From positions 352,001 through 416,000 of the forward strand of contig CAXXHB010000003.1 in NCBI GenBank assembly GCA_963664815.2: a stretch of 64,000 nt of DNA. Reading direction: 5' to 3'. Each line of letters starts with the position of its first letter. Positions within the stretch are counted from its first letter, which is position 1. This document shows, in pieces, positions 51,515 through 60,213 of the stretch. Both the position numbers and the translations under genes were made by a program. Under the pieces are notes generated by a model, which saw only the letters and a program-made list of their open reading frames with translations, did not search any database and was not told the origin of the DNA. The stretch comes from Spirochaetota bacterium (lineage in GTDB: Bacteria; Spirochaetota; UBA4802; UBA5550).

Positions 51515-52308
51515 TGGAATATTCTAAAAATGAAGGGATGGCGATTGCCACAGGGAGAGAATTTAATGATGGTGAGCTTGCAATATTCGGCGTGGGTCTG
51601 AGTATGCTTGCAGGATTTTTCGCACAGAAGAATCATGCTCCGAATCTTATAGCATTCACTGAGGGTGGAGTATACGGGTCTACTCCTGTCGGAGGACTGC
51701 CGTGGGGTATTGAGGATAACCGCATATCCGCGAATGCAACAAGCTTTACAAATGCCATTGATGCTCTTGGTATGCTCGTGGCATCGGGCAGGGTCGACAA
51801 TGCTGTAATAGGGGCTGCACAGATTGATAAATTCGGAAACGTTAATACTACAGGTATATGGGACGAAGGAACACAGCCGTGGAAGGTTGGAAGATATACT
51901 CTTCCAAAAGTAAGACTTAACGGAAGCGGCGGCGCTAACGAAATCGCTGTTGGTGCCAAAAAATATTTAATAATGGCAGCTCATGAGAAAAAAAGATTTG
52001 CCGACAGAGTGGATTATATTTCCTCACCCGGCTACATTGATGGAGGAAATGCACGCCAGAGATACGGTTTTCCTGGTGGCGGCCCTTCAGCTATCATCAC
52101 AAATCTTGGTATACTGAGGCCTGATCCGGTAACAAAGGAATTTTATCTGGATGCGTATTTCAGCCATTCGTCTGTTGAAGAAATAATAGAGAATACAGGC
52201 TGGGTGTTAAAGATATCTCCGAATGTCAAGATGGTTCCTGAACCAACTGAGAAAGAACTTGAGAATCTGAGAGCGGTTGATGCGACAGGATCGCTACGGA
52301 AAAAATAA
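51514..52308 (+). CDS. Family I CoA-transferase beta subunit (GctB-like), copy 1, catalytic Glu retained
   Basis: FGVGL, HAPNLIAFTEGG, GAAQIDKFGNVNTT, RLNGSGGANEI. Confidence 0.9.
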   Translation: MEYSKNEGMAIATGREFNDGELAIFGVGLSMLAGFFAQKNHAPNLIAFTEGGVYGSTPVGGLPWGIEDNRISANATSFTNAIDALGMLVASGRVDNAVIGAAQIDKFGNVNTTGIWDEGTQPWKVGRYTLPKVRLNGSGGANEIAVGAKKYLIMAAHEKKRFADRVDYISSPGYIDGGNARQRYGFPGGGPSAIITNLGILRPDPVTKEFYLDAYFSHSSVEEIIENTGWVLKISPNVKMVPEPTEKELENLRAVDATGSLRKK

Positions 52309-52459
52309 TATATTGGCAGGCAGCATAATAACCATGTGAAACATGATTATTTTCTGCCTGTTTAAAATAAGGTAAAGAATTTAATTCAGTATTTATATTC
52401 AGTCACTTGGAACCAGTAGTAGAAAGAGTAAAAATAAATTTAATCAAAGGAGGTTGAAA

Positions 52460-53275
52460 ATGCACGAAAAGTTGATGTCATTATCAAAGGCTGCCGATCT
52501 CATCAGAAATGATATGCTGCTCAGCTTCGGTGGTAATGGGATGCATCGTAATCCTGTTGCTTTTGCATTAGCCCTTACAAAGAGACCTTTAAAAAGTCTC
52601 AGGATGTGCGGGGCTGCACCTGGAATTGCGACTGATATCATGATGCCACAGTCTTGTGAAGCATATTTCGGTTTTTTTGGTCTGGAAAATGAGGCCGGCC
52701 TGGCACCAGGTATGAGAAAAGCGATGGAGGGGGCAAATCCTACAGTCAAGGCATATGAGGGTTCCTGAACGGCGATGATTGCTGCTCTCCGTGCGGGAGC
52801 CTATGGAATACCCTTTATGCCAGTCGGAGGCATGTGGGGAAGCGACTTAGTTGCATTACGCCCAGATTTTTATCAAGTCATGAAAAGCCCGTTTGACGGG
52901 AAAGAAGTAGTATGTGTTAAAGCTCTTGTGCCTGATTATGCCGTAATTCATGTACAGGAAGCGGATATCTACGGGAATGCCCGTATACTCGGCCCGAGTT
53001 ATCAGGATGCGCTTCTTGCAAGAGCAGCAAAAAAAGTAATAATAACAGCAGAGCGAATAGTGGGTACATACCGGATGCAGGAAGAACCTAAGCTTACGGC
53101 AATTCCTCATATGCTGGTTGAAGCTGTTGTTGAAGTACCCGGCGGTGCTAAACCCGGAATTTGTTATCCTGATTATCTCACTGCTGACTGGGATGCTCAT
53201 AAGGCTTATCAGAAAGCTGTGAAGGAAGGTACGGTATCGGACTGGGTGGCTAAACTTTTGGAAGGGAGGTCATAA
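52460..53275 (+). CDS. CoA-transferase alpha-like subunit, copy 2, with in-frame UGA (candidate selenocysteine, codon 103)
   Basis: Track ORFs 52454-52768 and 52775-53275 share a frame: GAG GGT TCC TGA ACG GCG ATG. Read-through gives a continuous 271-aa GctA-like protein. AAGGAGG precedes ATG 52460 and there is no strong SD before 52775. Confidence 0.8.
52769..52800 (+). promoter_or_regulatory. Bacterial SECIS-like hairpin
   Basis: GCTC(T)CC-GTGC-GGGAGC at 52784-52800; the apical loop begins with GU 23 nt after the UGA, and there is a bulged U on the 5' arm. Confidence 0.65.
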
Positions 53276-53276
53276 A

Positions 53277-54014
53277 ATGGAATATGGAAAACCTGAAATG
53301 ATGGCAGTAGCCCTCATACGTGAAATACAGGAAAATGACGTTGTGTTCCATGGTCTTGCTTCATCTACTCCAATGGTGGCCATGAAAGCGGCCAAGGCAC
53401 TTGGCAAAGATTATACATATGTTACTCTCAGTGACGGTCTGGACCATGACTGGAAAAGACCCCCATATTTCGCATCCACACTTTCTGAAAATACTTATAC
53501 TGGTTCCGTGGCGACTTTCGGACTGGATGAAATATTCGATCTTTATATGTCCGGTAAAGGAGATATAGCTTTCCTTTCATGCCTTCAGATGGATAAAACA
53601 GGAAGGATCGCGATGTCATACGTTGGCGGAGAATATGATCATCCGAAACTCAGGGGGCCGGGAGGAGCAGGCAGCGCCTCGCTTACGCCTATGACTCCCA
53701 GAACAATAATCTGGAAAACTCAGCATGACAAGAGAACTTTTATCGAGCACGTAGATTTTGCAACAACATCACCGGCTGTTGATAAAATGTTCACTCTGGT
53801 TACGCCTCTTTGTATTTTCAGGAAGCCGGTTGGAGAAAAACTTCTTAAACTGGATTGTATTTTCCCGTACACAACACTGGAAGAAGTTAAGGAAAATACC
53901 GGATGGGTAATTGATGAAACAAAAGTACCTGTAATGGATCCCCCTACAGAGGCTGAATTGTCAGCAATCAAGAGAGTGGATCCTAACAATATTCTTGCTT
54001 ACGAGTTTAAATAG
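53277..54014 (+). CDS. CoA-transferase beta-like subunit, copy 2 (canonical Glu apparently absent)
   Basis: EMMAVAL, FHGL, FLSCLQMDKTG, LRGPGGAGS, HDKRTF, ENTGW; VTLSDG where copy 1 has FTEGG. Confidence 0.88.
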   Translation: MEYGKPEMMAVALIREIQENDVVFHGLASSTPMVAMKAAKALGKDYTYVTLSDGLDHDWKRPPYFASTLSENTYTGSVATFGLDEIFDLYMSGKGDIAFLSCLQMDKTGRIAMSYVGGEYDHPKLRGPGGAGSASLTPMTPRTIIWKTQHDKRTFIEHVDFATTSPAVDKMFTLVTPLCIFRKPVGEKLLKLDCIFPYTTLEEVKENTGWVIDETKVPVMDPPTEAELSAIKRVDPNNILAYEFK

Positions 54015-54036
54015 TTTAAAAAGTATTGATTTATAA

Positions 54037-54081
54037 TGCCAAACAGGAACAGAGTAGCTGGTGCTTCGTTCCTGTTTGGCA
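54037..54081 (+). terminator. 14-bp inverted repeat after the second beta subunit
   Basis: TGCCAAACAGGAAC...GTTCCTGTTTGGCA. Confidence 0.6.
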
Positions 54082-54155
54082 AAAAATATTGCTGTAATTT
54101 ATATTTTATTGTTTAGCAGGATTTAAAATTTTAATGTGGTGGAATGGTGATTTTT

Positions 54156-55805
54156 ATGAGTAAAAAAGTACTTATAGTCGGAGGTGTTGCAGGTGGAGCC
54201 AGCACTGCTGCGAGACTCAGGAGACTTGACGAAAATGCTGAGATTATTATGTTTGAACGTGGTGAATTTATTTCATTTGCCAACTGCGGGCTTCCATATT
54301 ATGTAGGGGGTGCTATTGTAAACAGGAAAAGCCTTTTCGTACAGACTCCTCAGTCAATGAAAAAACGATTTAACCTGGACGTTCGTATACACAGCGAAGT
54401 CGTAAAAATTTTTCCTTCTGAAAAGAAGGTTGAAGTCCGCAGCATTCAGAAAGGGGAGAATTACTTTGAGACCTATGATTACCTTGTACTTTCTCCGGGA
54501 GCGCAGCCCGTTTTACCGGACATAAAAGGACTGAATCTTCCAAATGTATTCAGTGTCCGCAATGTTCCTGACAGTGATGCAATAAAGCAGTTTATCGATG
54601 CTCATAAGCCTGCAACAGCTGTGATAATAGGCGGAGGTTTTATAGGTATGGAAATGGCAGATGTGCTTCATCAGTGCGGAGTAAAGACAACTGTTGTTGA
54701 AGCGGCAGACCGGATTATGAATCTCTGGCTTGACGGGGAAATGGCAACAACAGTACAGCAGTATATAAATAAGAAAGGAATAGAGCTTGTTTTAAATGAT
54801 AAAGTTGCGGTTCTCGAGGGTTCTTCTGGAGTTGAGAGGGCAGTTCTTGAAAGCGGCAGAGAAATTTCTGCGGAGATTGTAATTCTCGGTACAGGAGTAA
54901 AACCTGAGGTATGGCTTGCAGAAGATGCCGGACTTGTCATTGGCTCCACGGGCGGGATACACGTGGATGAATATCTGCGGACCTCAAATGAATTTATTTA
55001 TGCAGTTGGCGATGCCATTGAAGTAAAAAATATGATTACGGATAAATATGAACTGATGTTTCTTGCAGGTCCTGCCAACAGGCAGGGGAGGCTTGCGGCA
55101 GATAATATTGCAGGAAGACCATCTAAATATTCCGGTTCACAGGGAACAGCAATAATAAAAATAATAGATATGACTGTGGCTGTAACCGGTGCGAACGGGA
55201 AAAGTCTCAGTAATTCAGGAATACCTTTTCTCGCGTGTCATATACATCCCGCTTCTCATGCGGCATACTATCCCGGCGGAACGCAGATGTCGATCAAACT
55301 TTTTTTCACCCCTGATGAAGGAAAAATCCTCGGGGCACAGATTGTGGGATTTGACGGAGTTGACAAGCGCATTGATGTTTTTGCAACTGCTGTCAGGGCT
55401 GGAATGACAGTGTTTGATCTCACTGAGCTTGAGCTGGCCTATGCACCCCCATTTTCATCGGCAAAGGATCCAGTGAATATGGCCGGGTATGTGGCCTCAA
55501 ACATATTGCTTAAGGATATTGAAGTGGTTTACTGGAAAGATGTTCCGGCACTTGTTTCAGGAGGTGCATTTCTCCTTGACGTTCGCATGCCGTCAGAAGT
55601 AGAGGCTGGGGCGGTTAATGGTTCGGTTAATATACCTGTTGATGATCTGAGAAACCGCATTGAAGAGATACCTAAAGACAAGGTGATCCTGGTTTACTGC
55701 CAGGTGGGTCTGCGTAGCTATATCTCTAATCGTATATTAAAGCAGAAAGGATTTATTGTAAAGAATATCAGCGGAGGATACAAGTCCTTCCAATCACAAA
55801 AGTAA
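54156..55805 (+). CDS. CoA-disulfide reductase with C-terminal rhodanese (CoADR-RHD/Npsr-like)
   Basis: IVGGVAGGAS, SFANCGLPY, IIGGGFIG, ELAYAPPFSSAKDP, rhodanese LLDVR...YCQVGLR; ATG 54156 preferred. Confidence 0.92.
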   Translation: MSKKVLIVGGVAGGASTAARLRRLDENAEIIMFERGEFISFANCGLPYYVGGAIVNRKSLFVQTPQSMKKRFNLDVRIHSEVVKIFPSEKKVEVRSIQKGENYFETYDYLVLSPGAQPVLPDIKGLNLPNVFSVRNVPDSDAIKQFIDAHKPATAVIIGGGFIGMEMADVLHQCGVKTTVVEAADRIMNLWLDGEMATTVQQYINKKGIELVLNDKVAVLEGSSGVERAVLESGREISAEIVILGTGVKPEVWLAEDAGLVIGSTGGIHVDEYLRTSNEFIYAVGDAIEVKNMITDKYELMFLAGPANRQGRLAADNIAGRPSKYSGSQGTAIIKIIDMTVAVTGANGKSLSNSGIPFLACHIHPASHAAYYPGGTQMSIKLFFTPDEGKILGAQIVGFDGVDKRIDVFATAVRAGMTVFDLTELELAYAPPFSSAKDPVNMAGYVASNILLKDIEVVYWKDVPALVSGGAFLLDVRMPSEVEAGAVNGSVNIPVDDLRNRIEEIPKDKVILVYCQVGLRSYISNRILKQKGFIVKNISGGYKSFQSQK

Positions 55806-55918
55806 ATGTTCTTTATTGATGGTCTGAATTTAAGAAAAGCTAATAAGTTCATATGTAACTGATTTTAGTAACATATGATAATTTTATTTTATGATAAAAC
55901 AACTGGAGAAAAGATTTA

Positions 55919-57433
55919 ATGAAAAAAATTATTATTTCCACGATTTTCCTTTCTTTAATATTGATTTCACTTCCTAATACAATTTATTTGTACGCAAGTA
56001 ATACACAGGCTGCAGTAAAAATTCAGGATAATGTTAATGTTGAAGATAATGTAAAGAATGGAACTGTTGGTACGAGTATTTCTGAACATAGTAATCCTCA
56101 TATCAATGCTAAAAATTTAAGTCTTTTATGGATAATTCCATTTATTGGTATACTCCTGTCAATTGCCCTTTTACCACTTTTTACGCCGGACTTCTGGCAC
56201 CACCATTATGGCAAAGTGTCGATCTTCTGGTGGCTAACATTTTTTGTGGCGTTTTCTGTTAAATTTGGAATAGGTATCGGTTCCTACTACCTTCTGGAAG
56301 TATATCTGATGGAGTTTATTCCATTTATAACTCTGCTCCTTGCCCTTTTTACTGTTGCCGGAGGCATTCAGCTTAAAGGGGAGCTTGCAGGAACGCCAAA
56401 AGTAAACACTGTCATGATCCTTATAGGAGGTATACTTGCAAGTTTTATGGGTACAACCGGAGCAGCAATGGTAATGATACGACCTGTTCTGAAGGCAAAC
56501 GAATGGAGAGCAAACAGAGCGCATATAGTTGTTTTTGTAATTTTCGTTGTTGCCAATGTAGGGGGTGGACTTACCCCTCTCGGTGATCCTCCTCTATTTC
56601 TTGGTTTCCTTAAAGGAGTTGATTTTTTCTGGACAGTGAAGCATATGTTTCCACTTGTTGCTTTTACAATCGGGATACTCCTCGTAATTTTCTTTATAAT
56701 GGATACATATTATTACAGTAAAGAAAAAAATAAACCGGTAAAAGATGCTGCCGGGGAAAAGTTAAAACTCATTGGTATACCCAATATGCTTTTAATTCCA
56801 TTAATAATTGGAGCTGTCATAATATCAAGCATCGACATGGGAACTGCCTTCACTGTTCATTTCGTTGCAGTGCAATTATCATCAATCTTTCAGGTTATGC
56901 TTCTTCTTGTCATAACTATCATTTCGCTCAGGGTATCAAACCCGGATATAAGAGAAGCGAACGGATTCAGCTGGGAGCCGATCAGGGAAGTCTCAAAACT
57001 TTTCGCAACAATTTTCATGACTATGGTTACACCGATTGCTATGCTCAGAGCCGGAGTTGACGGACCTATGGGGATGGTTGTAAGAGGAGTTGCCGATAGC
57101 AGCGGTAATTTTATCAATTCTCATTTTTTCTGGGCGGCAGGTGCCCTTTCAAGCTTTCTTGATAATGCCCCAACATATCTTGTTTTCTTTAATACTGCAG
57201 GGGGCAGCCCTGTTGATCTGATGGGTGTTCATGCCGGAACGCTTATTGCAATAAGTGCCGGTGCAGTTTTCATGGGGGCAAATACATATATCGGCAATGC
57301 CCCTAATTTTATGACAAAATCAATCGCGGAAGAGTCTGGTGTGGCAATGCCGAGTTTTTTCGGGTATATGTTTAAATATTCAATACCGATCCTTATTCCG
57401 GTATTTATTCTGGTAACATATATATTTTTTTAA
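55919..57433 (+). CDS. IT-superfamily transporter (putative Na+/H+ antiporter or carboxylate transporter)
   Basis: GTTGAAM, VANVGGGLTPLGDPPLFLG, SSFLDNAPTY, TYIGNAPNF. Confidence 0.85.
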   Translation: MKKIIISTIFLSLILISLPNTIYLYASNTQAAVKIQDNVNVEDNVKNGTVGTSISEHSNPHINAKNLSLLWIIPFIGILLSIALLPLFTPDFWHHHYGKVSIFWWLTFFVAFSVKFGIGIGSYYLLEVYLMEFIPFITLLLALFTVAGGIQLKGELAGTPKVNTVMILIGGILASFMGTTGAAMVMIRPVLKANEWRANRAHIVVFVIFVVANVGGGLTPLGDPPLFLGFLKGVDFFWTVKHMFPLVAFTIGILLVIFFIMDTYYYSKEKNKPVKDAAGEKLKLIGIPNMLLIPLIIGAVIISSIDMGTAFTVHFVAVQLSSIFQVMLLLVITIISLRVSNPDIREANGFSWEPIREVSKLFATIFMTMVTPIAMLRAGVDGPMGMVVRGVADSSGNFINSHFFWAAGALSSFLDNAPTYLVFFNTAGGSPVDLMGVHAGTLIAISAGAVFMGANTYIGNAPNFMTKSIAEESGVAMPSFFGYMFKYSIPILIPVFILVTYIFF

Positions 57434-57615
57434 TATTTGTATTTTTTGTAACTCAAATGTAAGTTTTTTATGTTCTTATTCTTAATAAAATGAATATATA
57501 ACTGTCTTTAGCAATGCCGGTTTTCCGGCAGATCATTGAAACCTGTGATTTAATAAAAAAAAATATTGGCAGGCAGCGATGGTCTGGCCGAAGAATAGGC
57601 ATGGATATAAACAGC

Positions 57616-57648
57616 AAAAAAGAAGGGCTGCCTTTTAGGCAGCCCTTT
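57616..57648 (-). terminator. Rho-independent terminator of the thiolase-like/OB-fold operon
   Basis: AAGGGCTGCC-TTTTA-GGCAGCCCTT with an A-run on its left (U-tract on the minus strand). Confidence 0.75.
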
Positions 57649-57664
57649 GTAGATGATATTAATC

Positions 57665-58093
57665 TTAATCCAGCTCGAATCCCATGATAGTACATCCTTT
57701 TTCATCATCATCAAGCCATACGACATGCACAGGGGCATCATAAGGAACTTTTTCAATATTGCTATAGTTTATCAGTCGGCCGAACACACGCGGCCCTTCG
57801 TCCAGGGTGACAGAGCATATGGCGAGGGGCAGGTATTCCTTAATAGCCTTATGGAATGGGAAGCGGCCTTCCACGAAGGAGTAAATTTTGCCATGACCGG
57901 AAACTTCTTTCCAGTCAACATCGGCGCTGCCACAGTGCTGGCAGATAAAACCCCCCGGCCAGTAATACTTGCCGCAGCTCTTGCAGTGGGGCAGTAAAAA
58001 CTTATGCTCATCATGAGCAGTCTTGTAAAACAGTTCGTTGTCAGAGCTGGTTCTGAGGTCAAAAGGCAGATTTACTTTTAATGCATTAGCCAT
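57665..58093 (-). CDS. DUF35/ChsH2-like Zn-ribbon plus OB-fold acyl-CoA-binding protein
   Basis: CKSCG...P...CQHCG, VSGHGKIYSF, VTLDEGPR. Confidence 0.9.
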   Translation of the reverse strand: MANALKVNLPFDLRTSSDNELFYKTAHDEHKFLLPHCKSCGKYYWPGGFICQHCGSADVDWKEVSGHGKIYSFVEGRFPFHKAIKEYLPLAICSVTLDEGPRVFGRLINYSNIEKVPYDAPVHVVWLDDDEKGCTIMGFELD

Positions 58094-58095
58094 TG

Positions 58096-59289
58096 TTATT
58101 CCCCCCTTTCTACAATTATAGTTTCGTTGCTCTGATAATAACCGCCGTTATCAGAGATAAGCATGAATTCAGGAAGCTTTGTGCCCGGTATTACCCCTAA
58201 CTGACGATCTCCGCAGCGCTTAGACATCTGCATCACCGCCTCAGCCATCGGAGTAAGGCCCATATAATAACCTTCAGAGAGCAGACCGCCTCCAGTGTTT
58301 ACTGGGAATGCGCCGCCGGGCCCGATATTTTCCACTGTCATGAAGTCGCGGGATTTATTCTTGTCGAAGAACCCATAGTCACCCAGAGTTGCCTCAACTG
58401 TGTATGTGTAGCAATCGTATATCTGGGCTGCACCTATGTCTTTTGGCTCTAAGCCGGCCATCTGGAAAGCTTCACGTCCGGCTACAGCGGCACTGCTTGC
58501 GGGATCACCCGGTGTAAGCTGCCAGCCTTTGGAGGTGTCATTGGCAGCACCGAAACTGCGGATCTTTACGGGCGGATTCTTAAGGTGTTTAGCCCGTTCT
58601 GTGGTGGTGATGATAACAGCCCGGCCGCCGTCAGTTGATGCCGTGGCATCTAAGGCACGGAATGGCCATGAAAGAAACGGTGTAGCCAGGTAGTCATCCT
58701 TTGTCAAAGGCTTGCTGTACTGAATGGCCTTGGGATTCAGATTAGCCCATTTGCGGTGTGCAATAGCTATATCTCCCCATACATCGGGCCCTGTCCCATG
58801 TTCATGCATGGCACGACTGGCGAAAATTGCATAATTTGTGAAAGCAGAAATATTACCGTAAGCGCCGTACTCATCATAGGGCTTGTTGCTTAACAGGTCA
58901 ATTTCGTCTGTCCATGTACGGCGGCCGGTTCTGCCACTCTCGGCAAATACAATCAGTACATATTTACATGTACCGTTTTCAAGAACACCAATCGCTTTAT
59001 TGATGTTGGTGCGGTAGCAGTAAGCTTCCTGGCTTAAGAATTTCGGGCGTATGCCCAGACTGGAGGTTATTACGTTGGCTGTATGGTGAAAAGCGTCTCC
59101 AGACAAAATTGGAAAATCACGGTAAAGAATCAGACCATCTATATCATCCTTCTTTAATCCCGCATCATTAATGGCGTTCATGGTCGCTTCGAGATAAAAA
59201 CTCGCTGCGGAACGTCCAGAAACTACTCCCTGCGGTGTATAACCGACACCGGCAAAGGCATATTTGTTTCTTAATCCTGTACGATCCAT
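58096..59289 (-). CDS. Thiolase-fold protein, SCP-x/Ltp2-like (possible retro-aldolase)
   Basis: AGVGYT, DIDGL, NPKA, TDGGRA, IYDCYT, VNTGGGLLSEGYYMG (no GHP). Confidence 0.85.
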   Translation of the reverse strand: MDRTGLRNKYAFAGVGYTPQGVVSGRSAASFYLEATMNAINDAGLKKDDIDGLILYRDFPILSGDAFHHTANVITSSLGIRPKFLSQEAYCYRTNINKAIGVLENGTCKYVLIVFAESGRTGRRTWTDEIDLLSNKPYDEYGAYGNISAFTNYAIFASRAMHEHGTGPDVWGDIAIAHRKWANLNPKAIQYSKPLTKDDYLATPFLSWPFRALDATASTDGGRAVIITTTERAKHLKNPPVKIRSFGAANDTSKGWQLTPGDPASSAAVAGREAFQMAGLEPKDIGAAQIYDCYTYTVEATLGDYGFFDKNKSRDFMTVENIGPGGAFPVNTGGGLLSEGYYMGLTPMAEAVMQMSKRCGDRQLGVIPGTKLPEFMLISDNGGYYQSNETIIVERGE

Positions 59290-59476
59290 AAATGTGTCCT
59301 CCTTAACTTATTTTGCTATAGATTTTATTGTTTTGAGAGATTCCGCTGTTAACAGAGCAGATGGCAAAAGGAGAAATGCAAATAAAGACAGAAAATATTC
59401 ATTCCATTGGCTATCTACATGTTTCAAGTCAGTACCTTCATGGTGGAATAAAAAATCTTAAACTGATTATATAAAT

Positions 59477-59493
59477 TGCATTATTCGTGCCAG
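59477..59493 (-). promoter_or_regulatory. Sigma54 promoter of the thiolase-like/DUF35 operon
   Basis: Minus strand CTGGCACGAATAATGCA, GG-N10-GC. Confidence 0.78.
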
Positions 59494-59655
59494 TTTAGTG
59501 AATTTATTGTCGGGGAAAACTTGTGCGGAATTACTCCTGATTAAGAAACTTTAATCGTGAATTGAAGAAAAACCGGCAAAAAGCCGGATGTAATATGTAA
59601 TAGATATTTATCTATAAGATTATGATGACATCATATGACGGTTTTTTGAATGAAA

Positions 59656-59686
59656 TGTCAAAAAACTGACGTCAGTAATATTGACA
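59656..59686. promoter_or_regulatory. UAS candidates upstream of the thiolase-like operon
   Basis: TGTCAAAAAACTGACG (59656-59671) overlapping CGTCA-N7-TGACA (59670-59686), about 165 bp from the promoter. Confidence 0.6.
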
Positions 59687-60165
59687 GTTGTACTGTTGTG
59701 CACTGAATTAAAAAAAGTTGATAAATATATATGAGTTGAATTACTCAGTTCAATATAAACGGGAAAATTATAGGTAAAAATAATTGAGTTAATACTTAGA
59801 GAAATAACATAGTGGATCAAATGAGCAAGAATAAAAGAAAGCAATTAAGATCTGAGAAAAAGTTTAATATCGTCAAACAGCATGTTTGAGTAAAACTTAA
59901 ATATAGATAATTAATTCCACGAATTGAGTTAAGGAATTAGTACTGATTTTATTCTATGATAAAACCAATGGGGAGAATATTAATGTAATGGGATTTTTCA
60001 CCTGTTTTTAACAAAATCAGATTTTTTATTATATTTCTGACAGGAATCTTTGCTGAATCCTTCGTAATCATTACGGGCAGTACTGATAAACCATTCATAG
60101 TTTATCCGTGGGAAGTGTCATTATAAAAACGGCAATTTATGGACTAAATATAATGATACAGAGAT

Positions 60166-60204
60166 CGTTATAACCGCACAACATTAGGCTGTGCGGTTAT
60201 AACG
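60166..60204 (-). terminator. 15-bp perfect hairpin after the SCP2 thiolase
   Basis: CGTTATAACCGCACA-ACATTAGGC-TGTGCGGTTATAACG. Confidence 0.65.
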
Positions 60205-60213
60205 GCGTAACTG

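Noticed and set aside
52454-53275. Two separate genes, or genome-wide UGA reassignment (code 4/25)
   Set aside because: The halves form one colinear domain with no SD for the second. Many genes here (yajC, ribD, potA, hdrA) end at TGA at their natural C-termini, so UGA is normally a stop. A simple nonsense pseudogene remains possible but is less favoured.
60166-60204. ModE box (CGTTATA arms)
   Set aside because: Lies at a gene 3' end with long GC-containing arms; better explained as a terminator.
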